From: Myxococcota bacterium
GTDB lineage: Bacteria > Myxococcota_A > UBA9160 > UBA4427
Reading direction: 5' to 3'
NCBI GenBank assembly: GCA_046583195.1
Contig: JAYGCV010000021.1
Coordinates: forward strand, 11,660 to 75,659
Length of the DNA stretch: 64,000 bases
Shown here one piece after another: positions 55,626 through 64,000 of this stretch. Made by a program: the position numbers and the translations under genes. How positions within the stretch are numbered: position 1 is the first letter of the stretch; the number at the start of each line of letters is the position of its first letter. Under the pieces are notes generated by a model that worked only from the letters and a program-made list of their open reading frames with translations, searched no databases and was not told where the DNA came from.

Positions 55626-56060
55626 CTACTCGTCGACCTGGCAGTCTACGCAGTGGCCGTAGAGTTCGTGCCGGTGCCGCAACACGCGGAATTCGTATCG
55701 TGCGGCGATGGCTTCCTGGGCGCTCTCGATCATCTCGCACTCGAATTCGATGATCTTCCCGCACTTGAGGCAGACGAGATGATCGTGATGACGGTGCTCG
55801 ATCTCGTAGCGGATGATGCCGTCGTCGAAGTGCCGCTCCTCGGCGAGGCCCGCTTCGACCAGCAGCTTCATGGTGCGGTACACGGTTGTGTAACCGACCG
55901 ATTCATCTTCTGCCTGCACGGACCTGTAGATATCCTCGCTGGTGGCGTGGCCTCCCGCGGAAAGGAAGGCTTCGAGCACCGCGTCGCGCTGGCGGGTGTG
56001 CTTCAGCCCGCGCTCCTCGAGGTAGCGAGCGAGCGCAGCCTTTTCGAGATCGTGGGCCAT
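55626..56060 (-). CDS. fur: Fur-family transcriptional regulator
   Basis: Frame of ORF 55626..56483 with ATG 56060, 144 aa. GLKHTRQRDAVLEAF, SAEDIY...VGYTTVYRTMKLL is the winged-helix region. HHDHLVCLKCGKIIEF ... GHCVDC provides the His cluster plus CxxC...CxxC structural Zn site. Confidence 0.9.
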   Translation of the reverse strand: MAHDLEKAALARYLEERGLKHTRQRDAVLEAFLSAGGHATSEDIYRSVQAEDESVGYTTVYRTMKLLVEAGLAEERHFDDGIIRYEIEHRHHDHLVCLKCGKIIEFECEMIESAQEAIAARYEFRVLRHRHELYGHCVDCQVDE

Positions 56061-56107
56061 TTCTCCCAGCCTAGCAGACGCTCGGTGGCGACCGAGACGC
56101 GCCCAAC

Positions 56108-56443
56108 CTAGTCGCGACTCGATTCTTTCAACCGATCGAGAGCGCGAAGGTTGTTGCGCGCGGCCCGATTCTCGCAGTCGAGTTCGAGAGCGCGCTCGAA
56201 AGCGGCCCGGGCTGCCAACGGCTGGCCGGCTTCCCGGTAGGCGAGCCCCAGATGATTCTGGATCTCGGAAGCCTCGGGCGCGAGCGCCTCGGCGGCACGT
56301 AACTGGGCGATCGCACGCTCGGGCTCCCCCGCGTCGAGGGCGGCGCTGCCGCCCTGGTAGAGTTCTGCCGCGCGAAAACTCGAACACGCGAAGGCCCCGA
56401 GCCCCGCGACGAGTGCCACGATCATCCGCCCGCGTCGGTTCAA
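56108..56443 (-). CDS. small TPR-repeat lipoprotein
   Basis: TTG 56443 or ATG 56425. Signal with lipobox (VALVAGLGAFAC), followed by ~2-3 TPR-like helices (AIAQLRAAEALAPEASEIQNHLGLAYREAGQPLAARAAFERALELD). Confidence 0.6.
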   Translation of the reverse strand: MNRRGRMIVALVAGLGAFACSSFRAAELYQGGSAALDAGEPERAIAQLRAAEALAPEASEIQNHLGLAYREAGQPLAARAAFERALELDCENRAARNNLRALDRLKESSRD

Positions 56444-56657
56444 GCCGCAATCCTCCGGACCGGCTCCGGTCCTTCCCGTTCACCCCAGATTCTCCGGCAG
56501 ATTAGAAGCATCGTCCATGAGCGTTGCCGCCCGGGGCTACGCGTGGTACTCCCCATCCCGCGCCGCAACCCCCGCCAAGGGCCACTCCCGGCCCCGCATC
56601 GCAGAGCCTGCATTGCAGGGGCCAGCCTGCGCGCACCCCCTTCTGGAGCCCGTGCGG

Positions 56658-58034
56658 ATGGATCCCGATCTCCAAACACCCAACGCGGCCCGGCTCCCGG
56701 CGCCGGAGCGCCGAGGTGCGCCCCGCGAGGTGCTTCACCTCGCCTACCCGGTGATCCTCACCCAGATCTCGGTGACCCTGATGCAGTTGGTGGATTCCGC
56801 AATGGTGGGGCGGATCGGTTCTTCCGAACTCGGCGCCGTCGGATTCGGGGGGATCTGGATCTGGACCTGCCTGAGTCTTTTCGTGGGTCTCGCGACCTCG
56901 GTGCAAACCTTCGTCGCGCAAGAAGACGGCGCGGGTCGTGTCGACGCTTGCGGCGCCTGGGCGTGGCATGGCTTCTACACCGTGGTGCCGGTCTCCGCCC
57001 TCGCGGGACTTGCGATCTACTTCGGGGCTCCGCTGCTGATCGCAGCCATCGATCCCTCCGAGGCACTGGGCGCGCTGGCCACCGACTACATGCAGGCTCG
57101 CTCCTTCGGATCGGCCGGACTGATCGCCGGAATGGTGCTGATCTCCTTCTTCCGAGGCTTTGGGGACACGCGCACTCCGCTCTACTGCACCGTCGCCGCG
57201 GTACTCGTGAACGGTCTCCTTGATTACGCCCTGATCTTCGGGAACTTCGGGCTACCGCAGTGGGGAGTTTACGGCGCGGGCTTCGCGACCTCCGTCGCCG
57301 AGTACTTCCAACTCGCCTGCCTGTTGTTCTTCTTCACGCGGAGAACGGTCCGCCGCCGCTACGACACCCGTCCGCGACGCCCGCAGGCTTCGGCCAGCCG
57401 ACGCCTGCTGCGCACGGGGCTTCCGATCGGCGGACAGTGGTGCCTCGAGATGACTTCCTTCGCGGCCTTTTCCTCGATCGTCGTACGCATGGGCGACGCT
57501 TCGATGGCCGCGAGCCAGGCACTGATCGTGCTGCTCTCGCTCTCGTTCATGCAGGCCATCGCCATCTCGATCGCGGTCGCGACCCTGGTGGGGCGCTACG
57601 TCGGCGCCAACGATTTCAAGGCCGCCGAGCGCAGCTTCCGCACGGGACTGGGGCTGGCCCTGGTGCTGGGGGGGCTCTTCGCCGCGCTCTTCCTCGCGAT
57701 CCCCGGTCCCCTGATCGGCATCTTCACCAAGGACGTCGACGTCCTCGCCCTGACTGCCCCGCTGCTGCTGATGGCCGCGGCCTTCCAGATCGTCGACGCT
57801 TTCGGCATCGTCGCGGACGGCGCGCTGCGCGGCGCGGGCGACACGCTCTGGCCCTTCGTCGTACGCTTCCTCCTGGCCTGGGGCGTGCAGGTCCCACTCG
57901 CCTGGTTCCTCGGCATCACCCTCGGCGGTGGACTCACCTGGATGTGGATCGGCTCGACGATCTACGTGGCCCTGCTGGCCTCGATCCTCGTGGCCCGCTT
58001 TCGCTCCGGCGCCTGGAAGCGAATCCGGATCTAG
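56658..58034 (+). CDS. MATE-family efflux transporter
   Basis: Frame of ORF 56517..58034 with ATG 56658. 12-TM architecture. LAYPVILTQISVTLMQLVDSAMVGRIG is the N-terminal MATE signature, and the second-half repeat contains LLRTGLPIGGQW. Confidence 0.85.
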   Translation: MDPDLQTPNAARLPAPERRGAPREVLHLAYPVILTQISVTLMQLVDSAMVGRIGSSELGAVGFGGIWIWTCLSLFVGLATSVQTFVAQEDGAGRVDACGAWAWHGFYTVVPVSALAGLAIYFGAPLLIAAIDPSEALGALATDYMQARSFGSAGLIAGMVLISFFRGFGDTRTPLYCTVAAVLVNGLLDYALIFGNFGLPQWGVYGAGFATSVAEYFQLACLLFFFTRRTVRRRYDTRPRRPQASASRRLLRTGLPIGGQWCLEMTSFAAFSSIVVRMGDASMAASQALIVLLSLSFMQAIAISIAVATLVGRYVGANDFKAAERSFRTGLGLALVLGGLFAALFLAIPGPLIGIFTKDVDVLALTAPLLLMAAAFQIVDAFGIVADGALRGAGDTLWPFVVRFLLAWGVQVPLAWFLGITLGGGLTWMWIGSTIYVALLASILVARFRSGAWKRIRI

Positions 58035-58933
58035 CTTCTGGGCGCGGCGTGCGGGATCTCGATGTGCGCGATCACCGGGAGGTGGTCGGAGGCGCGCCGC
58101 GCCGCCGCGGTGTCATGGGCGTGGACCTCGAGCACCTTTGCGCCGCGGACGTAGACGCGATCGAGGGCGAGCACCGGACGAGCCGAGGGATAGGAAGCCG
58201 GCCAGTCGCTGTTCTTGTGGGCCGAGAGTTCAGCATCGAGAGTCTGGATCGCCTTGCTGCGCCGCCAGGCATTCATGTCGCCGAGCAACACCGACGGTCC
58301 CGACTCGAATTGCGGGTGGGACAGCAGCGACTTCACCTGGCGCTCGCGAGTCCTATCCACCAACGAGAGGTGCGTCGCCACGACTCCGAGCGACCGGCCC
58401 ATGCCGTCGCTGAAACGCGCCCCCAGGGCACCGCGGCGTTCGATCCGCGAGTGCGAGATATCGAGCACCGAGGCCGCCGTGATTGGAAGCCGCGAGAGGA
58501 TCGCGTTGCCGAGCTGGCCTCGCTTGTGGACGCGCGTCACGGCAAAGGCCACGTGCAACCCGAGGTCGTCGCAGAGCGCTTCGAGGGGGTCGCGGGTATG
58601 GGCGGGTCGCAGCACTTCCTGCAGTGCAATCACGTCGGCGTCGAGTTCGGAGATGACGAGATGGGCGTGCAGGGGGTCCGGGCGCCTGCGCCCGGAGATC
58701 CCCATCCAGCGATGGACGTTGTAGGTGGCCACCGAGACCACGTCGCCCAGGGCCGCGAGGCCGACCGCGTCGCGCGGGGCGCGCACCATCGAAAGAAAGG
58801 GAGCGGTCCGCTGGCCAAAGCGCATCGCCTCGGGAATCGCGCGCAGCGCCAGTGCCCGGCGCGCCAGCGCGGCCGCCTGCGACGCTCCCGCCATCACCCG
58901 GGGTCGCGAAATCGTCTTCTTGCGGTCGGCCAT
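58031..58933 (-). CDS. endonuclease/exonuclease/phosphatase (EEP) family protein
   Basis: Frame of ORF 58031..59896 with ATG 58933. Motifs: VATYNVHRW, DADVIALQEV, NAILSR, THLSL, LLGDMNA and SDHLPV, which are the canonical EEP catalytic segments. Confidence 0.8.
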   Translation of the reverse strand: MADRKKTISRPRVMAGASQAAALARRALALRAIPEAMRFGQRTAPFLSMVRAPRDAVGLAALGDVVSVATYNVHRWMGISGRRRPDPLHAHLVISELDADVIALQEVLRPAHTRDPLEALCDDLGLHVAFAVTRVHKRGQLGNAILSRLPITAASVLDISHSRIERRGALGARFSDGMGRSLGVVATHLSLVDRTRERQVKSLLSHPQFESGPSVLLGDMNAWRRSKAIQTLDAELSAHKNSDWPASYPSARPVLALDRVYVRGAKVLEVHAHDTAAARRASDHLPVIAHIEIPHAAPRS

Positions 58934-59075
58934 GTTCCCTCGACCCGGAGTTCGAGAGGGGATCGCTTCGGTAAACCCCCTCTTTCTCGTCACGATAGCC
59001 GATCGCCAAGATCGTCCTTTGAAGCGGTTATGCTGCGATTGCGAGGGCCGCCCCGAAAGCAACAGGGAGGGTGTC

Positions 59076-59402
59076 ATGCCGACGGAACCCGAAACCCGAA
59101 AACCCGCCGAAGGGGTCGACACCTGGTTGCGTCCCTTCTTCGAGGATTCGTCGCTATGGCCGGTGGCGATCGTCGTTGCGCTCTGCCTCTTCACGATGGG
59201 GGCTGGACTGCTGCTGCTGGTGTGGCTGACCGCAAACCCCTTCGCACTGCTCGCAATCGTGCTGCTCGCCGGGATGACGGTCGACATCGCCGTGCGCGCA
59301 CTGCGGCGCGGCGCGGCGAAGGCACTGGCCTGGTGCGCCATTGGCCTGTGGCTCGGAAGCCTTGGCGTAGCCGCTATCGGGATCGCGTTCGGCCTGGTAT
59401 AG
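59076..59402 (+). CDS. small membrane protein (3 predicted TM helices), unknown function
   Basis: Frame of ORF 58725..59402. ATG 59076 is preceded by CAGGGAGGG. Helices: SLWPVAIVVALCLFTMGAGLLLLVWL, FALLAIVLLAGMTVDIAV, WCAIGLWLGSLGVAAIGIAFGLV. Confidence 0.5.
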   Translation: MPTEPETRKPAEGVDTWLRPFFEDSSLWPVAIVVALCLFTMGAGLLLLVWLTANPFALLAIVLLAGMTVDIAVRALRRGAAKALAWCAIGLWLGSLGVAAIGIAFGLV

Positions 59403-59418
59403 ACCGGCGCACGTGGCT

Positions 59419-60243
59419 TCAGGAACGCGGACGGCGCCGCGGCCAACTCGGCCAGTCGCGGGGAACGCGCTGCGAAAAGCGCGGCGTGCGCCGCTCGAGC
59501 CAGGCCATCGGCCCTTCGACGGCGTCCGAGCCGGCCATCAGCGGGAGGTGGAGTTCGGTCTCGAAGCGCAGAGCCTCTTCGCGCTCGAGAGTCCACGCCT
59601 GCCACAGGAGCTTCTTCGAGAGCCCCACGGAGAGGGGGGCGGTCTGCTCTTTGATCTCGCGCGCCATCGCGAGCGCCCGCGGTAACACCTCGTCGGCCGG
59701 CAGTGCCTCGAGCGCCAAGCCGATACGCGCCGCTTCGCGACCGTCGATCTTGCAGCCGGTGAGCAGCAGGCGCGCCGCCTGCTGGGTGCCCACTACGCGC
59801 GCCAGGGTCCAGTGCGAACCGGCGTCCGGCATCACCCCTCGTCGCACCTGGAGCCAGCCGTAGCGCGCGTCTTGCGCAGCAAATTGCAGGTCGCATTGCA
59901 GGGCGAGACTGAGCCCCAGGCCGATGGCGTGGCCGTTCATCGCTGCAATCACTGGCTTGCGAACCTCCCAGGCGGGGGGCGAGACCGGCGAGGCGCTAAA
60001 GGCCGCGGGCTCGCGCAGCGCGAAGGTCTCGGAGCCCCCGGCCATGTCGGCGCCGGCGCAAAAGGCCTTGCCGCTGCCGGTCAGTACCACCGCGCGCACC
60101 TCATCGTCGGCGTCGCAGCGCCGGTACGCATCCCCCAATTCCTCGCCCATGCGACCACTGAAGGCGTTCAACTGCTCGGGGCGATGCAGTCGGATCGTGG
60201 CTACGCCAGCGTCGATCTCGAAGCGAATGTCGCGGTAGTTCAT
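59419..60243 (-). CDS. enoyl-CoA hydratase/isomerase (crotonase) family protein
   Basis: ATG 60243 (MNYRDIRFE...; the track start at 60255 is GTG). Motifs: ATIRLHRPEQLNAF, VVLTGSGKAFCAGADM (oxyanion-hole segment) and PVIAAMNGHAIGLGLSLAL.CD. Confidence 0.85.
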   Translation of the reverse strand: MNYRDIRFEIDAGVATIRLHRPEQLNAFSGRMGEELGDAYRRCDADDEVRAVVLTGSGKAFCAGADMAGGSETFALREPAAFSASPVSPPAWEVRKPVIAAMNGHAIGLGLSLALQCDLQFAAQDARYGWLQVRRGVMPDAGSHWTLARVVGTQQAARLLLTGCKIDGREAARIGLALEALPADEVLPRALAMAREIKEQTAPLSVGLSKKLLWQAWTLEREEALRFETELHLPLMAGSDAVEGPMAWLERRTPRFSQRVPRDWPSWPRRRPRS

Positions 60244-60351
60244 GCTCGAAACCACTCCTCTGCGGACGGCCCTTTAGCGGTCGAAGCAACGATAGGGCGG
60301 CCCACCCGCGGCGTCTCGGATAGCATCCGCGGGGTCTCGCCGGGCGACGCT

Positions 60352-61407
60352 TTGGCACCCCGATGGAGAAATCGCTTGGGAAGCCAACCCTCACCCGACG
60401 ATCCCGCAAGGACCCGAAGCCGCATCGCGGCGGGCCTGCTCTCGCTGGTGGTCGCCATCGGCATGGTGGCGACGAAATTTTTTGCCTTCGACCTCACCGG
60501 CTCGTCGGCGATCTTCTCCGACGCGCTCGAGTCGACCACCAACATCCTGGCCAGCGGGATGCTCCTCTACAGCCTGGCCCTCTCTCTCCGCCCGGTGGAT
60601 CGAAACCACCCCTACGGGCACGGCAAGGTCGAATTTTTCTCCGCCGGTTTCGAGGGCGCACTGATCTTCGGCGCCTCGTTGGTGATCGTGGTGCGGGCCG
60701 TGCGCGAGATTCAGCGCGGTCCGGAACTCCAGGACGTCGACCTGGCACTCGTCCTGCTGGTGGCGCTCGCCCTGATCAACGGCGCGTTGGGGACGTTCCT
60801 GGTGCGTCGAGGGCGGCAGACGAACTCGATGGCCCTCGTTGCGGACGGGCGCCACGTGATGACCGACGTCTGGACGACCGGCGGCGTGATCGCGGGCCTC
60901 GTGGCGGTACGCCTCACCGGATGGGTGATTCTCGATCCGTTGGTGGCCATCGCCGTTGGCCTCCACATCCTACGGACGGGCTGGAGGCTGTTGCGCGAAG
61001 CGGTGGCGGGCCTGATGGACGAAGCCGACGACCCGCTGCTCGAACGCGTCGCAAACAGTCTGCAGACCGCGCGCGAACCCGGCTGGATCGACGCACATCG
61101 GTTGCGCCTGTGGCGCGCCGGCGCCGTGCTGCACGTAGACCTTCACCTGCTGGTGCCGCGCTACTGGGATGCCGTGCGCCTCCACGAAGTCGATGACAAA
61201 ATTACGCGCGCCGTCTTCGCCGGCGAAGACGATTTCGGAGACGTGATCGTGCACTTCGACCCGTGTCGGCCGCGGGACTGCACCCGCTGTGGTGTCGAAG
61301 AATGCCCGGTGCGCCAGGCGCCGCTGGAAGCGGTGTCGCCCTTCGCGCTCCCACAGTTGACGCGCTGGGAAGTCCCGGACGAGGCCGCCGAACCGGCCGC
61401 GAACTAG
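60352..61407 (+). CDS. cation diffusion facilitator (CDF) family metal transporter
   Basis: Frame of ORF 59812..61407. There is no in-frame ATG, and the candidate starts are TTG 60352 or TTG 60376. Motifs: TGSSAIFSDALESTTN (TM2 metal-site region), NHPYGHGKVEF, VADGRHVMTDVWT (TM5 H/D site) and a C-terminal cytoplasmic domain. Extra Cys-rich tail: DPCRPRDCTRCGVEEC. Confidence 0.8.
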   Translation: MAPRWRNRLGSQPSPDDPARTRSRIAAGLLSLVVAIGMVATKFFAFDLTGSSAIFSDALESTTNILASGMLLYSLALSLRPVDRNHPYGHGKVEFFSAGFEGALIFGASLVIVVRAVREIQRGPELQDVDLALVLLVALALINGALGTFLVRRGRQTNSMALVADGRHVMTDVWTTGGVIAGLVAVRLTGWVILDPLVAIAVGLHILRTGWRLLREAVAGLMDEADDPLLERVANSLQTAREPGWIDAHRLRLWRAGAVLHVDLHLLVPRYWDAVRLHEVDDKITRAVFAGEDDFGDVIVHFDPCRPRDCTRCGVEECPVRQAPLEAVSPFALPQLTRWEVPDEAAEPAAN

Positions 61408-62057
61408 TTCGTCTCGCCCGAGCTTCCGCCGAAGTCACGAACGAGGGCCACCGCGCGAGCCAACGCGGAACGCGCGGCGCTCTGCTCGTCGTAGAGGCGA
61501 AGGCGCGCGGTCCCGGTCGGGTAGTCTCGGCGGATCATCGTGCCGATGGCGGAATCGATCCCGGAAAGGCGTGCCCGGGCCGCATCGAGACTGGCTTCGG
61601 CCGCGGCGAGCGAGGTCGGGACCGCTATGTCGGGCTCCGCCGCTGCCACGGATTCGCCCACCTGCCGACGTACCGTTGCTTCGACCTGGGTCGCGCTCGG
61701 CAGCGTGTCGAGGTCGGCGGGTGCGGCGCTGAGTGCGCCCGGCGATTCGCTGGAGGCGATCACCGGGAGCAACGCCTCGACCGGACTGGGGAGCGCGCGG
61801 GTGGGGGTGCCCAGCGTCCCGAGGGCTTCGCTGCCCACGACCAGCGTCGAGAGGTCGGTGGGACTCACGACCATCGAATCGGGATCCTCGGAGGTCGCCA
61901 TTGCGGGCGCGCCCAGCAGGTCCTGGGCGGCCACGCCGCTGGCGGCGTGGAGCAACGCCAGCAGGACCGCGATGGCACCGCCACCGGTCCTCCAGCGCCT
62001 ACGAGGCTCCTGTAGCCCGCTTGAGGTGATTCCCCTCCCGTTCCCAGAAGCTCTCAT
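61404..62057 (-). CDS. secreted Ala/Ser/Pro-rich hypothetical protein
   Basis: Frame of ORF 61404..62195 with ATG 62057. Signal peptide GGGAIAVLLALLHAASGVAAQD. The third codon position is consistently G/C in this frame, while the competing plus-strand ORFs are Arg/Gly/Ser junk. No family recognised. Confidence 0.5.
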   Translation of the reverse strand: MRASGNGRGITSSGLQEPRRRWRTGGGAIAVLLALLHAASGVAAQDLLGAPAMATSEDPDSMVVSPTDLSTLVVGSEALGTLGTPTRALPSPVEALLPVIASSESPGALSAAPADLDTLPSATQVEATVRRQVGESVAAAEPDIAVPTSLAAAEASLDAARARLSGIDSAIGTMIRRDYPTGTARLRLYDEQSAARSALARAVALVRDFGGSSGETN

Positions 62058-62208
62058 ACGTCTGGGATCGGCGGATGCGCCGGTGAGCTTGACGACCAGA
62101 CCGCGATTTCGGGGATGAATTACGGCACACCGCGTATCGGAAACTCGAAGATCAGCAACCCCGTGGGGCCGCCCACCGTCTGGGGCGGCGATCATCGCAA
62201 ACGGGCTC

Positions 62209-62237
62209 TTGGCTCGCCGTTGCCGCTCGTTTACACT
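62209..62237 (+). promoter_or_regulatory. possible sigma70-type promoter upstream of the DUF1329-like gene
   Basis: TTGGCT (62209-62214), a 17-nt spacer, then TACACT (62232-62237). This would give a ~195-nt leader before ATG 62439. It is sequence resemblance only. Confidence 0.3.
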
Positions 62238-62438
62238 GCGCGCTCATGGCTGGCCCCCCGACCCACCGGAAAGCGACACCCCTTCGGATGACGACTCTTC
62301 CGGTTCCCGCGCAGCGCTAGGGGCGGTCGCAGCCAGTGCCTCCAGCCGGACCCCGTGCGCCCACGGCGGTACCCGGGAATGACGACCTGGTCCCATGCGA
62401 TGCCATTGGGAGCGGACAGAAAAAGAAGGAACGAAACG

Positions 62439-63773
62439 ATGAAGTCCATCCTCTTGACGCTGATCCTGGCTCTCGCCACCGCCCCTGCGTCGCTGACCCT
62501 TGCCCAGGAAAACACCGACGCGAGTCCCGACTCGGGTGAGGAGATTCCCTTCCAGGAAGGGGACGTGATCACCTTTGACCAGATCGGCAAGATCAAGCCG
62601 TACCTGCCAAAGGCGTTCTGGTCGAATCGCGACTTTTTCTTCTACGAGGGCATGCAACTCGCAATCGGTCCCACACAGGCCGACTACAGCCCGGCGAACG
62701 TGCACAAGGCCGCCACCGAGAAGTATCGCGGCCAGCCCCGCGTCGGTCCCGATGACAGCCTCGAAAATTACATCGCTGGCGAACCCTTCCCGATGGAAGA
62801 GATCGACTGCCAGGGCGATCCCAAGGCCGGCACGAAGATCATGCACAACTTCGCGAAGCAATGGCGCGGCTTTGGCGTCAACACGAAGTTCTATTACTCC
62901 TACTGGGATCGCGGCGAAGAACTCCCGCTCTACTACGAAGGCCACGCCGAAGGCGTGGGCCTATCGCGCCGCCCGGAGCCTGCCTACGAGAAGAACAAGG
63001 GCGACGTCTTCCGCGGCGAGAAGCGGCTCCAGGCAAGCGGCCCGACGGTCGACGCACCCTTCGACGCGCGCGGCATCATGCTGCTCAGCTACCGCTACAA
63101 GTCCTCGGAGAGGCCGCGATCCGAAGCCAAGAACGACGACACCTGGGTCTATCTGCCGACCCTGCGCCGCGTCCGCCGGATTTCGACGGCTCAGCGGACC
63201 GACTCGATCGCCGGCACCGACTTCACCTTCGACGATCTTTTCTCCTTCAACGGCATCGTCCCGCAATACCACTGGGTCTGCCTCGGCGAACAGAAGATCC
63301 TCGGTCCGATGAACTCGACCGCAAAGGGATACCCCTACGACAAGGATCACAACTTTGGCCCCTACGGTCTGTCCTTCGCCGACGACACCTGGGAGCTGCG
63401 CGACACCTACGTGGTGCGGATGATCCCGAAGAACGACGATCATCCCTATCACCACAAGGACATCTACATCGACAAGGAGACCCTCACGTCGATGTATTCC
63501 TTCGCGTACGACCGCAAGGAAGAGCTCTGGAAGATCATCACCCACAACAAGCGCTGGAGTGAGGACGACGCGCTCACCGGCGAGGACTGGTATAAGCCCT
63601 GGAAGGACGTCGAGGAGCCCCGCGATCTACTGATCGTTTCGGACATCATCGCCAATGTCCAGACGGGTACCGGCAACCGGATCGAGTTCTGGGATCGACA
63701 CGGCACTCCCTTCAAGAGCAAGGGAAAGATCCGCCGCTTCATCGACGTGGGACGCCTCACCAAGGGCCGCTAG
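62439..63773 (+). CDS. DUF1329-family (LolA-like, outer-membrane lipoprotein-sorting-like) secreted protein
   Basis: Frame of ORF 62355..63773 with ATG 62439. Signal peptide MKSILLTLILALATAPASLTLAQE. At ~445 aa it has segments typical of DUF1329 as I recall it: W.YLP.LRRVRR.S.AQR.DS..G.D.T.DD and KDIYIDKETL....S..YDRK.ELWK. Confidence 0.7.
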   Translation: MKSILLTLILALATAPASLTLAQENTDASPDSGEEIPFQEGDVITFDQIGKIKPYLPKAFWSNRDFFFYEGMQLAIGPTQADYSPANVHKAATEKYRGQPRVGPDDSLENYIAGEPFPMEEIDCQGDPKAGTKIMHNFAKQWRGFGVNTKFYYSYWDRGEELPLYYEGHAEGVGLSRRPEPAYEKNKGDVFRGEKRLQASGPTVDAPFDARGIMLLSYRYKSSERPRSEAKNDDTWVYLPTLRRVRRISTAQRTDSIAGTDFTFDDLFSFNGIVPQYHWVCLGEQKILGPMNSTAKGYPYDKDHNFGPYGLSFADDTWELRDTYVVRMIPKNDDHPYHHKDIYIDKETLTSMYSFAYDRKEELWKIITHNKRWSEDDALTGEDWYKPWKDVEEPRDLLIVSDIIANVQTGTGNRIEFWDRHGTPFKSKGKIRRFIDVGRLTKGR

Positions 63774-63794
63774 GCCCCGGAAACGGCCGCCGTC

Positions 63795-64000
63795 TCAATC
63801 CGGGGCGGCTGCCGCCGAACCCCTCGCGCGGGTGAGCGCGCGCCGCCACTGGCGGCGCGCCTCCCCGCGGCTTGCCTCATCGGTCTGTGGCTCGAAACGT
63901 TCGGGCTCTTGCACCCGCTCTCGGATCGCTGCCGGCGAATCGAGCAGGCCCACCGGGAGGGCGGCGAGCAGCGCCGCCCCGACGGCCGTCGTCTCGGTTT
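63795..64000 (-). CDS. FGGY-family carbohydrate kinase C-terminus (glycerol-kinase-like); 5' part outside window
   Basis: The minus-strand frame ending at TGA (63795-63797) reads ...TETTAVGAALLAALPVGLLDSPAAIRERVQEPERFEPQTDEASRGEARRQWRRAL... This matches the conserved ETTALGAA.LAGLAVG......F.P......Y..W..A C-terminal block of glycerol kinase/FGGY kinases. It is not in the ORF track because there is no start in the window. Confidence 0.55.
   Translation of the reverse strand, partial: TETTAVGAALLAALPVGLLDSPAAIRERVQEPERFEPQTDEASRGEARRQWRRALTRARGSAAAAPD

Noticed and set aside
56444-56657. Fur box / operator search in the TPR-fur / MATE divergent region
   Set aside because: No AT-rich GATAATGATAATCATTATC-like sequence is present. 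The only symmetric element is a short G+C inverted repeat, GGACCGG-ct-CCGGTCC (56457-56472), which is too generic to call as an operator.
57260-59863. 867-aa plus-strand ORF
   Set aside because: It is an alternative frame of the MATE 3' half, antisense to the EEP gene, and overlaps the crotonase gene. It has no motifs and an Arg/Pro/Gly-dominated composition.
60363-61196. ATG-initiated ORF (MEKSLGKPTLT..., 277 aa) that would give the CDF region a canonical start
   Set aside because: It is in a different frame from the CDF motifs. Its translation is Arg/Gly/Pro-rich, while the CDF frame (TTG start) carries all family signatures.

Overview
High-GC bacterial chromosomal window (roughly two-thirds G+C by eye, not computed) with about 50 tightly packed protein genes. 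I could not recognise any rRNA, tRNA, CRISPR array, transposase or integrase. Many long ORFs in the supplied track are Arg/Pro/Ala-rich shadow frames or 5' extensions of real genes. I called genes from protein-like composition and recognisable family motifs, and trimmed the starts. One gene at the left edge (1-1982, minus) is missing from the track because it runs off the window. Layout: (1) 1-18.8 kb is an unusual island of eight polytopic GT-C-type membrane glycosyltransferase-like genes. One is an STT3/AglB-like oligosaccharyltransferase homologue with a degenerate WWDYG motif. They are interleaved with three alkaline-phosphatase-superfamily sulfatase-like genes that lack the formylglycine motif. 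(2) 18.8-34.7 kb is mostly housekeeping: uvrD/pcrA, glmS, glmU, hflX, fabH, a phasin with a clear promoter and terminator, gcdH, a membrane-fused spermidine-synthase-like protein, and mutS2. (3) 34.7-42.4 kb holds a tetrahaem cytochrome c convergent with a minus-strand four-gene string: GH36-like/HAD fusion, FAD oxidoreductase, decahaem MtrA/PioA-like cytochrome, and a ~700-aa MtrB/PioB-like beta-barrel. This is a candidate outer-membrane electron conduit. (4) 42.4-64 kb is mixed: mmuM, MFS, folC, a low-GC Cys-rich small ORF, an NRDE/TANGO2-family gene, a secreted Ca-loop repeat protein, a VWA protein, an M28-like lipoprotein, comM, an OMP, rfbA/rfbC, fur, MATE, an EEP-family gene, a crotonase, a CDF transporter, a DUF1329-like gene and a partial FGGY kinase. 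The best candidates for something undescribed are the GT-C/AP-superfamily island and the porin-cytochrome operon with its atypical partners. All family assignments come from motif recognition by eye and need HMM or structure confirmation.
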